A DNA stretch of 63,609 nucleotides, the filler included, from Collodictyon triciliatum (lineage: Eukaryota), in NCBI GenBank assembly GCA_043381765.1. It is 6 parts of 6 records of this genome, joined end to end, with 100 filler letters (N's around TTAATTAATTAA, not from the genome) between each part and the next. Parts side by side here need not be neighbours in the genome. Positions count along the whole stretch, not along the records: positions 34,289 to 47,585 come from JBHJMP010002429.1; positions 47,686 to 59,011 come from JBHJMP010002430.1; 4 more parts are not named here. One strand, 5' to 3'. The position numbers were made by a program, and so were the translations under genes. How positions within the stretch are numbered: position 1 is the stretch's first letter; every line of letters begins with the position of its first letter. The notes under the pieces are model-generated. The model was not told the DNA's origin. It saw only the letters and a program-made list of their open reading frames with translations, and did not search any database. This document shows, piece by piece, positions 36,853 to 49,729 of the stretch.

Positions 36853-38802
36853 ATGGTTCGTCATCAAAGCCCAGCCAAGTCTAGTTTGGGCCCTGGCACT
36901 GCTTGGGAAGCGACATCACAGGCTCCTCCTCACGAGAGCAGCAAAAAATCTACAGCTTACAAAGAGGGGGCTGACGCAACATGGATTAGGAATGATTCTA
37001 ATGGCACAGTACAGAGACCGCAGCCAGACGCAGATCAGCGAGGCCGAATGGCAAAAACAACACTCGTTCTGAAAAGACAAGTGGATATCATCGAGCGAAG
37101 AAAAACTCTACTGTCTGTTGCCATTCCAAACAAAAGGTTATTACGCGGTATAATCGCTATTTACAAAAATTCAACTGTGGTGTATGTCATCATGGTCATG
37201 TGGCTTGTTTGTATGATAAACGGTCTTGCTGTTTACTTTCAGGCTCCCCTTTTTCCTCGAAAGGTGTATCTTTGTCTCCAAATCATCACCACAATCAACT
37301 TCTCCATCCATCACTCCGTTTTCATTCGCATTGGAATTCTCAAAGCGTTGTCTTGCTCTTTCAACTTCTGGTACACTCTCATTAATATTGTGTCCTTTCA
37401 TGTGTGCATCATTTTCCTATGGGGTTCCACTTCTGATATCATCTGTGCATCTGTCCACTCATTATCAAGCTCACTATATATTTTGCTTTTTTATGATGCG
37501 CACGCCTTAAAACACATCCCGATGATGAGGCTATGCGTCCTTCTCGGTATAGTGTGCCTTTCTCCCATGTTTATTATGTTACAGTTTAATTTGGTTCGGT
37601 TCAACCAAGTATCGATTGGTGTTGATGGCTCAAACATACAACTTATAAATTTACGACTTCAAGCAATCGACAACTTATCAACCATGGTGATATATCTTGT
37701 CCGGACGATGTACACCCACTTGGTTCTGAAGAAGCCCAACACAATCGCCTTTATTTCGTACTACTATGTCATGAACCCCCGATATGAACCATCACTTAAA
37801 ACAATTGAAATTCAGGAATCTAGGCTGAGTGCCGCCCCCACTGAAGTTTCAGGACCCAGTACTGGGCCAACCACCCTTGAAAATATCCTTGAGGGGTCTC
37901 CCGCACAACCAGCTCCTTCAATATCCATATCTATGCAAGTACCATCCTCAACCCAAAACAAAAGTCCAGAATTGTCTGCATATCATGATTCATCTCTCGT
38001 CCAATATTCCGAGAACAATTTGGTAATGAGTCCAGAAGCCCTCCAAAACAATGCAATTCGACTAGATAATCCCGAGGAGAAACTATATGTTGGAATTACC
38101 AACGAAAAAATGGTGGAGTACGATACTCATGACACTTTATTCCACAAGGTTTTACAACCAAAATACCCCTCTGTGGCAAGAATTATAAAATCAAGAGCAT
38201 ACAAAGTATGCGGGGTCTTGTGCACATTTGCACCTTTCGTTTTAGTTCCCCTTGCTCTCGGCTATGACCCTGGCGTTTGGCTTCGTGTTCTAGGAGACCT
38301 TATCACCATGTGCGGCACTGCATTTATCTTATCACAGATGGTATTCACTTCAAACATATTTATTGTGAGAAACATGGTTCGCTCCTTTGACTACTGGTAT
38401 GTGATGTTTCTAATAGCCAAGGTATTCATGTCCTACGGAGTGTTGTGTGATTGGGACTATCGCATGGTGTACTGGACTTTCACCGCCCTTACATTGAAAT
38501 GGTGTGTTATGATTGATACTTTTCACATCTCCTACAGGAAGCTGTCGTATGTTTCCATCGTTGGAATGATATGGATGACTGTTATTGGGATTTTGTGCAA
38601 GTTGCGCATAGGTAGAACTTTTGAGGAAGACAAAATCATTCAAGTAAATGGCAAACAACTTATGTCTGCTTTGATTTTGCTCTTTTCCTCCTGTTTCTCT
38701 ATCGTCATTTTTGTCTTGCGATTCTTTGTGACCTACCTTAGGAATCCAAACAGGATGCTGTTTATATCAGAGAATGTCCGTGTTGAAGACATAGAAAAGT
38801 AG
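36853..38802 (+). CDS. Intronless multi-pass membrane protein with two related halves
   Basis: 649-aa ORF. Two hydrophobic clusters each contain SF(N/D)(F/Y)WY and end in a P-N-x-x-x-F-I-S motif (PNTIAFIS / PNRMLFIS). They are separated by a Ser/Pro-rich linker. Confidence 0.85.
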   Translation: MVRHQSPAKSSLGPGTAWEATSQAPPHESSKKSTAYKEGADATWIRNDSNGTVQRPQPDADQRGRMAKTTLVLKRQVDIIERRKTLLSVAIPNKRLLRGIIAIYKNSTVVYVIMVMWLVCMINGLAVYFQAPLFPRKVYLCLQIITTINFSIHHSVFIRIGILKALSCSFNFWYTLINIVSFHVCIIFLWGSTSDIICASVHSLSSSLYILLFYDAHALKHIPMMRLCVLLGIVCLSPMFIMLQFNLVRFNQVSIGVDGSNIQLINLRLQAIDNLSTMVIYLVRTMYTHLVLKKPNTIAFISYYYVMNPRYEPSLKTIEIQESRLSAAPTEVSGPSTGPTTLENILEGSPAQPAPSISISMQVPSSTQNKSPELSAYHDSSLVQYSENNLVMSPEALQNNAIRLDNPEEKLYVGITNEKMVEYDTHDTLFHKVLQPKYPSVARIIKSRAYKVCGVLCTFAPFVLVPLALGYDPGVWLRVLGDLITMCGTAFILSQMVFTSNIFIVRNMVRSFDYWYVMFLIAKVFMSYGVLCDWDYRMVYWTFTALTLKWCVMIDTFHISYRKLSYVSIVGMIWMTVIGILCKLRIGRTFEEDKIIQVNGKQLMSALILLFSSCFSIVIFVLRFFVTYLRNPNRMLFISENVRVEDIEK

Positions 38803-39215
38803 TATTTATCCTGAATCGCAACAAAGGAGTGGTTGTTCACATCTTCCGTTGAAATCAACGCCTCCTCACTATCCTCTTTTCATCACAATGCTGATTAATA
38901 TCATTTTTCCCCTTTTCCTGTTTGCCATCTTCCAAACTATTCATCACTGATATAAAACTGACTGGCAATTCAAAAACTAATAATTTAAGATACATTTTCG
39001 TTTGCTTTTTATTATTATTATTATTGGCTATTGAAAACAGAAAGTAGCCACGCAACAAAAACGTGAGATGAAGGTCTGGTGTTATATATTAATGTGCGTA
39101 TGTGGTTATTTTGTTTAATTTTATTTGGGGTGGTATCGATGAAATAGAAAATGGCAAAACTTGGGACGAAGGAGAAAAAAAAAAAGAGAGGACAATGCCG
39201 ACATCAAGTTTGGTT

Positions 39216-42200
39216 TCAAGACCCAAACTGCTCTTCATCTGCTGTCATCTCACGGAATTCATAGCTTCCTCGACCATCAAAGCGAAGAATATACTCATGG
39301 AATTTCCATAGACTCTTGCGATGGGAGACGGTCACCAGTGTGATGTCGAGCTCTTTGCACGTGTTATACATGATACTGTGTTTGCAATTTAGATAATTAG
39401 TCAGTTGTCTTTTATTTATTTTGTTTTGTTTTGTTTATTTGTTTATAATATCATTTGTATTTTTTTTTAGGAGTATATCAAGGCCAATTTTGACCGAGGT
39501 TGAAATATGTAGGTGTTAATCGTGCGCAGATTTTAACAAATATTACCTCTCCACGTCAATGCTGACTGAGCTCGTGCATTCATCCAGGATAGCAAACTGA
39601 GGACGGTGGTAGAAAAGACGAGCCATGGCGATTCTTTGCTTCTCACCTCCGCTCAACACTTCAGCCCAGTCGTGGACAGCGTCAAGACCGTTATCGCGCT
39701 TGGCCAAGTTTCCCAGTTGAACCTAACGATAACTGTAAGCACTCCAAATAATCAAGTTTGACAAGCCCTCATTCAATGAAGACAAACCCTCTCCAGTAGC
39801 TTGACAAGGTCATCGTCAGTCCGTTTGTTTGCGAGAAAGTCCGCCTTCGAGTGGGGATATATAAGCTGGTCACGAAGCGTCCCAAGAGCAAGGTATGGTC
39901 TCTGTTTTGTTGTCCGAAAAAGTGGATAGCATTATGTTAAACGGTTTATTTGTTTTTAAAAAAATAAAAATAAATAATAAAAACAGAAAAAGGATTACTC
40001 AGAAATGATTTACTCCCAATTTATGATGAAAACTTGAGAACATCTTTTCGTTAATTTTCTTTACCTGAGGAACATAAAATAGGTGCTTCTTGGCGGGCTT
40101 AATTACAATTCCACCGAATAATGGCCACAGCCCACCGAGTATGCGAAACAAAGAGCTCTTTCCGCACCCATTGGGTCCAACCACCAAAAGATTCATACCA
40201 GATCTGAGGGCCGATTGGTAAGGGTTTTATCAGGGCTTAAGTAACAAATTATAATACAGTTTGCATATTGTATTGATGATTACCTGATTTCAAAATCCAG
40301 GCTTTTTGTCAGCACATCACGGTTGGGAGTAACGATTGGAACCCCTTGGAAGCTGATAACTCTGTCTTGCTCAACTATTGTCCCACTGTCAGGGATGAGC
40401 ACCAAATCGGTATTTTCATTGCCTTCGCTCTTCACCATAGAACGCTCGTATTTTCCAGAGTTCAGATCGCTTTGTATTTGGAATTTTTATTAATATATAA
40501 AACTGCATACATGGAGAAATAGATAAATGTATGTAACTCTGTGAAAAGAGCGACGATTAGGCAAGTGTACAAAACGTAGTGGCAAAGCATACTCAAGCAC
40601 AGTAATAAGGGTGTTCACTCGTGCTGTGAATCCTGCCAGGCGATTCAATTCTCTTCCAGACAGAACTAATCTTCCAACTGCCTGAGCCATACCTAAAATA
40701 TATTGATTAAGATATGATAGGTAGGTATACATAGAGGAAATAACACTATGTCGATTGACACTCACCAACAAGCATTCTCCCACTGCGGTAATAGTCTAAC
40801 ATGAGCTCGTTTGGTGTGCTTTTCAAATGTCGAGGGTGAGCCAGATTTAGAAACGGAGGGCTGATGACGAGATATGCCACAATCGTAGCAAAATATTTGG
40901 CTACAATAGTGTCGATGGTCCCCACCAAAGCTCTAAATTGAACCATCTGGATAAAAAAAAATAGAAGAAAAAAAAAAGGGTTAGTTATATCGTCTCTTAT
41001 GTTTGTATGACTCGATATTACTAGAAATTCAAGGAAATAAGTACATGTGAATGAAAAATGGCGTTTCCTTTTTTTGGTGAATAATGATACTATGGTCGAA
41101 TACAACAATATGGATAGGTGACTAGATGAACCTTGGTTAGATGACTAATTAGTCGCTTAAGACTGAACTGAATCCCCTGGTCCTCGCGGGCATTGCCGCT
41201 ATAGAATGCGATTTCTTCGCTGTGGGTAATCAAGCGGGAGTTTACGGCTCGGAAGTCTCCTTCCAAGGCTTGCTCAGTAGCGGTAAAAAGGCCGAGTGGC
41301 TTTCTCAGGCTGTGGTTTTACATAAAGCCGGATTATTATAAAAAAAATTTTTTAAAAAAAAGAATAAACGGTTTGAAATATAGATGATAGTATGTGTCAT
41401 TGGTCAACTTCAAATTAAAAAATAATTGAGTATTGATTGGCATAGTGATGGCTTGCCTGGTAAGGAAAACTCCAGACACAGCAAGATAAGCGAGCATACT
41501 GGTGGGACCCATGGGACCAACAGCATCTGATAGTCTTCGAGCATAGATAATGATGTCAAGTATTGGCTTGCTGAGGTTGGAGTAAAGATCTGATACGCTA
41601 GTGCAGAATTTGCTTACGTCCTGAGTTTATGTAATAGGTCAAATTCAATATGGCATTAAGGATGGTTTCAACGTATATAGCAAAAACGATATGATTAAAT
41701 GACAAGGCAGCTGTTCGAGATGACTTTTCAGAAATATGTCAAAGGGTATCAACCTGGTCAATAAGTTGGTCTGGGTTCTTGATTCGTGTGTCCAAGTTAC
41801 TGACTTTGTAGAAAGTCAAATCTTTTAAATACTTATCAAAGAGATGAATTGTGAGTCGCTGACGGAAACAAACAGCCATTTGATGGAGTCCATGCTTGAG
41901 CATGTTGTTGATCAGGGCTATGGGAATCATGGAGAGGAAGAAACGCCCGAGAAAATGAAAGAAAAGGCTTTTGTTTCGAGAAATGATTGCGTTCTCGATA
42001 TCTGTGCCGTTTTGGATCACCCATAAGTCGCAAAGTGTGCGCATAATCATCATCACTGCTACCAATGCCATGTATCCCGTCTCACGACAGAACAAGCTGG
42101 GAATCATGATTTTCATTATACGGCGGAAGCGACGAAGAAACTCGCCATTGACTGCAACCTAGTGTTTTATGCAATTTGTTGATGAGAAAAAATTAGTGAT

Positions 42201-42575
42201 GTATATCATTTGATAGTAGATCATTTAACAAGTCAAATATCGATGCATTAAGAGGTAGGTTAATAAATGAGAGTGCTTCTTGATATGCAGTGAATGTTTC
42301 GGAAATATGTACCAGGAATATAAATATATGAATAAAATTTTCGCTCAGTGTTCGAGTCTGCATATAAAGGAAACGCCTGTGGGATAGAATAGGAGTTCGT
42401 AGGAAATTGAAAAGAAATTCAGAGGAGCACCTTTTCGGCCTTGGATTCGCCAGTCTTTTGGGCACGGGAAAGACTGAGTGCATTTTCGATGGAGCGGATC
42501 CCATCGTCGTGCGAACGTGAACTTCTACTGCCGTCCCCACGAACAGACCTCGACAACTTCTGAATGGAAAGCAGC
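39216..42575 (-). CDS. ABCD3: Peroxisomal ABC transporter, subfamily D (PMP70/ABCD3-like); 5' end lies in or beyond the gap
   Basis: Exons give [22 protein letters not shown], Walker [68 protein letters not shown] and [13 protein letters not shown]. The C-terminus EQFGS* resembles that of PMP70. Confidence 0.9.
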
Positions 42576-43304
42576 NNNNNNNNNNNNNNNNNNNNNNNNN
42601 NNNNNNNNNNNNNNNNNNNNNNNNNNNNNNNNNNNNNNNNNNNNNNNNNNNNNNNNNNNNNNNNNNNNNNNNNNNNNNNNNNNNNNNNNNNNNNNNNNNN
42701 NNNNNNNNNNNNNNNNNNNNNNNNNNNNNNNNNNNNNNNNNNNNNNNNNNNNNNNNNNNNNNNNNNNNNNNNNNNNNNNNNNNNNNNNNNNNNNNNNNNN
42801 NNNNNNNNNNNNNNNNNNNNNNNNNNNNNNNNNNNNNNNNNNNNNNNNNNNNNNNNNNNNNNNNNNNNNNNNNNNNNNNNNNNNNNNNNNNNNNNNNNNN
42901 NNNNNNNNNNNNNNNNNNNNNNNNNNNNNNNNNNNNNNNNNNNNNNNNNNNNNNNNNNNNNNNNNNNNNNNNNNNNNNNNNNNNNNNNNNNNNNNNNNNN
43001 NNNNNNNNNNNNNNNNNNNNNNNNNNNNNNNNNNNNNNNNNNNNNNNNNNNNNNNNNNNNNNNNNNNNNNNNNNNNNNNNNNNNNNNNNNNNNNNNNNNN
43101 NNNNNNNNNNNNNNNNNNNNNNNNNNNNNNNNNNNNNNNNNNNNNNNNNNNNNNNNNNNNNNNNNNNNNNNNNNNNNNNNNNNNNNNNNNNNNNNNNNNN
43201 NNNNNNNNNNNNNNNNNNNNNNNNNNNNNNNNNNNNNNNNNNNNNNNNNNNNNNNNNNNNNNNNNNNNNNNNNNNNNNNNNNNNNNNNNNNNNNNNNNNN
43301 NNNN
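42576..43304. other. Intra-scaffold assembly gap (729 N)
   Basis: N run without linker. Confidence 0.95.
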
Positions 43305-43843
43305 ATAGCTATGTTTTAGCTATGATTAGTATCCATATCAATATAGCTAAAATTATCATCTAATGTCCATATTAGTTAGATGATCTAATTTATTTCCATA
43401 TTTGCTATTCAACCGAATTTCATGTAGATGAACCCGAATTGGGCATACGTTGCAGCCAAATGGTAACTATTCCAGAACAGACTATTTTCCATGACGCCGG
43501 CCGAACTTTGTCGCCATCGATCGGGTTCACTATCACAGCCTAAGCCACGCATCTCTGATCTTCTGATTCGGCCAGAAACCAGACTTCTGGGCAAACAATA
43601 AGCGAAGCCCTGAGAACACCCTGACTCAAAACAAGGCGGCGCCTGCGCAGAACCTCACACCAACGAACGCGACTGATCTACTATCGACAACAAACAAACA
43701 AACATAAACTCATACTCACAATGCGCCCCGCTTTGTCGCTCCTGATCACCCCGCACAGCCACCCTTAAAACCCATTTGCACACAACACTCAGAAAAAAAA
43801 TAGATATAAAAAAGAAAATAACAAGCGCGATCTCACAAAAAGG

Positions 43844-46800
43844 ATGGGAGGAGGACACAGCCACCAACGAGGCTCCACAAAGAACACAACCACCACAGTA
43901 GTTGTCCAAACAAACACAGAACAGGCTTCAGAAGTCAAGGTTCGTTTTTCCGTTTTCTTTTTTCTTTTTTCTTTTTTCTTTTTTCTTTTTTCTTTTCTTT
44001 TTCTTTTTCTTTTTCTTTTTCTTTTTCTTTTTCTTTTTCTTTTTCTTTTTCTTTTTCTTTTTCTTTTCTTTTCTTTTGCTGTGCTTTATCACACACTATA
44101 CAGAAGTAACCAGCCAGTGAGGCAGTGGGACAGGCCTGCTTATATCCCTGTGTGGTAATTTAGGAGGCAGCCCAGGAGCAGGTTATTCAACCCTCTCGCT
44201 TTGCAACCAAGAAAGAGTCGCCGCAGCCACCAAAACCTGAAACAGCGTCACCTCCGCCGGCCCGGCAAAACTTCCGTGCGCAGTCACCTCCCAAAGCCAT
44301 GTCGCCCACGCCAAAGCAAGCGGAAGTATTTTCACAGCCACAAGGCGGTATTAGCTCAACTTTTTTTTTCAATTTTATGTGTGTATGTTGGCAGATTTCT
44401 ATGTTTGTTTCAGTATGACGCGGGGCTGCTCAGTTATTACCAAACACAGCTTATTTTTAAAACTTGGATAAGAACACATGCAAAGTACTGGAAGTAATCA
44501 AACCTCAAATCTGACCCCAAAACAGACACTCGCTCGAATCTGGCCCCTTCCGCTCACTCATCACAAAAGAGTGCCTCTTCATCATCGTATAGTCAACAGT
44601 TCACTTCCCCGCCAACAAAGCCTAATGTCACCCAGACCCAGAGAAATGCTGATAAGCCACCGCCTGGAATAGACTTTTCTGCTCCTGGATACATCGATAA
44701 TCCACCAGTATGTATCAGAGCATGTGTCTATGCGCTAGTATTGATTACAAATGGCCTATCCATTATTCATCATTTAATGTATTTAATTTTCTTGTGTATT
44801 TTATATTCTTTTTTCCCAAACAGCCACAAGCCGAGCCACCCAAGAAGTCAAACAATCACAATACAGACATCAATACACAAGGTGTCAATCAGGGTGATGC
44901 GATTCTGGTCGACCTATCTCCATCTAGTACCCCACGAGACAGGTTCAATTCGATATCATTTCATTCCTGGTGTAGTATGAAAGTATGCTAGAAATTCCTT
45001 ATCGAATTTGTTAAAAGCAACTAACTTCATCATTCATAAATCGAGCAGTGGGCAAGGTGGAAACGGCCCCAACCAAGTATATGGCGATGTAAGTGTAATT
45101 ATGTTCATCGTATCGTTCTTGTTTCTCATACTTGTTCTTTCTAATCTGGAACATAACAGCGGAAGGCTTTTGGAAAAGAGCATTTCGATTCTGAGAAATT
45201 CCGTCAGGCTAATTCGAAAAAGGTTTTGAGCCTCTCTCGTGCATCACAATTCTAGTATTATATCTATCAACTTCTGTTTACGTCAACCAATTGCAACTAC
45301 TCATAATTCCTCTTTTTACGCAGAATCAACCCCGTGAGTACAATCTTGAATTATTAAGCCAATTGTCTGCCCCCTGCATCTATTGCGTTTAACTGAGCTT
45401 AGTGTGCGTGGTTACCTTGTCTACTCGACCACTCACTACAATTACGACGCATTTTCTTTCTTTTCTTTTTGTCACAGAATCCAACAATGCGAGGTCGAGT
45501 GGAGACTTAAATCGCTCTAACAGTGGGAATGGCTCGGTGGGCTTTTCTTTTTCTGCTTCGCTTTTCCTTATCAATAACCAATAGAAAACCCCGCTGATTT
45601 ATTTTCCACTATCCCCTCTCTGAATCCCTCTGCCGGCATGAATATCAATTTTGGGAAGATGTGTGACTGGCGGACAATTCATGTTGATGTTTTCATCAAT
45701 CTCTAGGTGATTAGACCAGGACAAGACAGCGTAACAAATACCCCTCAGAAACCCAAATTTATGGGCCCAACCAAGTACGTTTGGATTTCCGCCGCTTGTT
45801 AATAGTCTACATCTCTTTCGAATAATTCTTTTTGATGGCATATTCCAACCGATTTTTTTTTTTTTTGTTCTCTTTCATTTAATTCAGGCAAGTATTCTCC
45901 ATGGAAGACGAGATACTGTTGGACGAAATTATCGAGGCCTCAAGAGCATAGTAATATTATTTTCCTACCCACAAAAACACTGGCTACATGAGAATGTAAA
46001 ACTTCTTTTATGGCCTTATGTTTGTGTTGCTTTTACTTTTGCTTTTGCTTTTGCTTTTGCTTTTGCTTTTGCTTTTGGTGTTGGTGTTGGTGTTGGTGTT
46101 GGTCTTTGTTTGGTTGAATGAATTCGTATCGTCCATTCCGCTCATGCACATTGATCGACCTCTTACCATCGATAAGATTTCCGAGGACATGTCGCAGCTT
46201 TCCCACTGCGCCATCCGATGTCTTTCCTTTACCTTCACTTTCCTTTTCCTTCCTTTTTTTTCCTTTTTTTTCCTTTTTTTTCCTTTTTTTTCCTTTTTTT
46301 CCTTCCTTTTTTTCCTTCCTTTTTTTCCTTCCTTTTTTTCCTTCCTTTTTTCCGTCATGGTTACTTGGCCTCAGTGTCTTTCTTCAATTTTCTTTCTCAT
46401 TTTTTGTCATTTCTCTACCATTCCTTTCCATCTTCAGGAAACCACTCTATTTTCATATCCCGTCGCATACTGGTCTCTCAATCCAGGAGTCCAGATTTTA
46501 GTGTATTGTATTTCCGTTGAAAGTTTCCAATAAAATATTTTAAGTTGATGCGTACGAGACGCGACGGCACTGAGTGAAAATTGATGACCCAGATAAGTGG
46601 GAATGGCTCGATGGTTTAGTGGGAGTGGAGGAGCTTAAAGAGACAGTCAATATGGCCTGCACGTGTTCATTTTGTTTTTGGGTTTTTATCTTTTTATTTT
46701 GCTTGTCCGAGATTCAGATATTGCTCCGGGAGTATGTACACCGTTGATTATGGAGACGAGAGCAAAGCATATCATTACCAATCAGAAGTTGCGAACGTTG

Positions 46801-47115
46801 CATCAGGCGGCGGCTTTTGCATGGACGTCACCGGAGAATGCGACGAAGTATTCTACAGGGCAGATAATAGGATTACAATCGTGGTATCAGTTACCCTGTT
46901 GCAATCACCACTACTGTCACTAATATGCTTGGCGAACGCCACCGCATATGCGTCGATGATTGGATGTATTGGGGGAAAAGAAAAGAAAAGCTGTGATCTA
47001 TATTCAATTTACGCGCGAATCGTCTGTGGCAGTCGCCTCGTATGTCGCCTCCAGCTCAGGAGTCCATGTAGTGACTGTGGCACGAATCACATACTTCATG
47101 GCTGCTATCTTCCGT
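43844..47115 (+). CDS. Multi-exon unknown protein, 3'-partial: MG N-terminus, Pro/Ser-rich region, then a globular Cys-containing region
   Basis: An in-frame splice path runs MGGGHS...SPPPARQNFRAQSPPK...EDEILLDEIIEASRAYFPTAPSDETTLFSYPVAYWSLNPGVQILWEWLDGLVGVEELKETVNMACTYCSGSMY...LRSPCSDCGTNHILHGCYLP. It uses 10-nt and 22-nt micro-exons. Confidence 0.6.
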
Positions 47116-47239
47116 GTGAGGACATCGGATTCCTCGTTGAACCGGCGAATAAGTTTCTGGCGGTGTAAAGGAAACAGTATTTTGAATCGGAACACGAAGG
47201 GATATCACCCAGATTTCCACACGAATTCATTTTTGTGCG

Positions 47240-47585
47240 TGAATGTGTGTGATTGTGTGTGAGTGTGTGTGATTGTGTGTGAGTGTGTGTGATTGTGTGT
47301 GATTGTGTGTGTGATTGTGTGTGTGTGATTGTGTGTGTGATTGTGTGTGATTGTGTGTGTATGTGTGTGTGATTGTGTGTGATTATGTGTTTGTTTGTGT
47401 GTGTGATTATGTGTGTGTGTGTCTTTTGTGTGTGTGTCTTTTGTGTGTGTGTCTTTTATGTGATTGTGTGTTTGTGTGTGTATGTGTGTATGTATGTATG
47501 TATGTATGTATGTATGTATGTATGTATGTATGTATGTATGTATGTATGTATGTATGTATGTATGTATGTATGTATGTATGTATGT
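47240..47585. repeat. Compound (GT)/(TATG)n microsatellite at the scaffold end
   Basis: Direct observation. Confidence 0.95.
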
Positions 47586-47685
47586 NNNNNNNNNNNNNNN
47601 NNNNNNNNNNNNNNNNNNNNNNNNNNNNNTTAATTAATTAANNNNNNNNNNNNNNNNNNNNNNNNNNNNNNNNNNNNNNNNNNNN
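47586..47685. other. Artificial scaffold spacer
   Basis: 44N-TTAATTAATTAA-44N. Confidence 0.95.
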
Positions 47686-47705
47686 TTTTTGTAATTATAA
47701 TCAAG

Positions 47706-47830
47706 GTATGAATGCTGAAAGCTCTCGTTCTCATCTCGTCTTTAGCATAATTCTCGAAGTAGAAATCAAAGAAACAAAGAAATCATTTGTTGGGAAGGTT
47801 AATCATGGACTACTTATCAGTAGTGCAATG

Positions 47831-47925
<95 letters not shown>

Positions 47926-49155
47926 CACATGGCCATATAGGATTGTATTTTCCCTTTCGCTAATTTATCTCATGAGTTTAACATAAAATGGGATATCATA
48001 GTTGAGTTTAGTCGATTTGGCTGGTTCAGAACGCGTTTCGAAGTCAGAAGCCACAGCCGAGCGATTAAAAGTTCGATTCTTTTATATATATATATATATG
48101 TTATATCTTATTATTAAGATATAAAACAGATGCACTAATGCAACATGCACAATCTTTTTTCAGTTGAATTTTTTTCGTGGTTTCTAATTTATTAGTTTTT
48201 CTTACCCGAAGAAATATACGTCTCTTTCTCATACCCTAAAATCTTTAGGAAGCCCAAGACATCAATTCCAGTCTGAGTGCCCTGGGTAATGTCATCGCCG
48301 CTCTGTCAGCCGGAAATGGCCACATCCCATATCGTGATAACAAACTTACCGAGTTGATGAGCGACTCGCTGGGTACAATTTAGATATCAATCATGAGCTT
48401 CAATTTCTCTTCTCTCGTTTTATAAATTTTCTGGCACGAATTGTTGCATAACCCGCTCACTAAATTGGAATCATCAAATGATGAACAGGAGGGAATGCAA
48501 AAACGCTTATGTTTGTCAATGTATCGCCAGCCGATTACAATGCAGATGAAACGATACAGTCGCTTTCGTAAGGCTCCGCAGAAAATCAAAATACGGACAA
48601 TATTTTCAATTCTCATTTATAATATATAATACCTCAATGTCAGGCTGATGATTATTTCCCATGCAATTCGTAGGTATGCGTCTCGTGTCAAGTTAATCAA
48701 GAATGATGTTTCAAAGGGTACATGCCTTGCGATTCAAATATATAATACATGCTTTTGAATTAATAATACTCATCATCTACTTCCTTTGTTTTCTTTGATA
48801 TCACTTCGCAGGGGTGGAAACGAAGGAAATCAAAAAATTCAAAGATAGACTGAAACAGTACGAGGACATTATCAACCAGATTAAAGCTGGAGAGAGAGTA
48901 GACATCTCAGAGATTGAAAAAGAGCGCGACTTTGGTGGGTGTAACTCGATTCTATCACATCCTGAAGCAATTCTAATACATCGGCAAATAAGAGTTGACA
49001 TAGTTGCCGAAGGCCACAATGTATATTAAGCACTAAACAAAACTGTATTTTTCTTTATGTTTCGAACAGGCCCAATACCGAATACTGCAGATAGAGAGAA
49101 GTGGAAAGAAATGATGGATCAGGAATACAATGATGAGTCTGCAAAGCCTCGTTAG
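47706..49155 (+). CDS. 3' part of a C-terminal-motor kinesin (kinesin-14/KCBP-like), 7 exons seen
   Basis: [64 protein letters not shown] and [10 protein letters not shown], then a short helical tail. Stop TAG ends at 49155. Confidence 0.9.
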
Positions 49156-49729
49156 GCAAGAATATTCCCACATAGCACAAGGCTCGTGCTACCGATTGCG
49201 GGGTTCAACGAAGAAAGAGAAATCACGTTAAACATGGAGCTTTTCTTTGAAATGGACATGATTCGTTTAAATAATAAACTCGCAGGCAAATCAGGGTTTA
49301 ATGTTATATTTTTGTAAGGCTGTTCGAATATTTCCAGAGATGAAGCCAGGAAGACGGAAAGAGGAAACTTTTTACTAGCCGCAGCGATAGAAACACAAAT
49401 CAGAAAAATGCAAGAGGGGAAATGATTTATTTATTTATTGAAAAGAAAAAGAATCAAAGAAAGTGCATCGAGGAATAAATTAATAAATCCAAATTGACAC
49501 AAAAATCATATATTTTTTAAAGTGGAAATCAGACTAGAAACTGGAATGCGCTTTATGTAAATATCTTCTTTCTCTTCCACACAAGCACCCTGTCTACCAA
49601 TCGAGATAACTTCGTCGTTAAATTAGCAATTAATAGTCGGCCGTGCACAACTCAAACTTTCATACACCGGATGCAAACTGTGAATAAACCAAAAAAAAAA
49701 AAAATGGAGATAGAAGCGGTCAATACAGC

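Noticed and set aside
43844-49155. Joining the unknown plus-strand gene to the kinesin motor as one N-terminally extended kinesin
   Set aside because: A spacer separates them and adjacency across spacers appears arbitrary.
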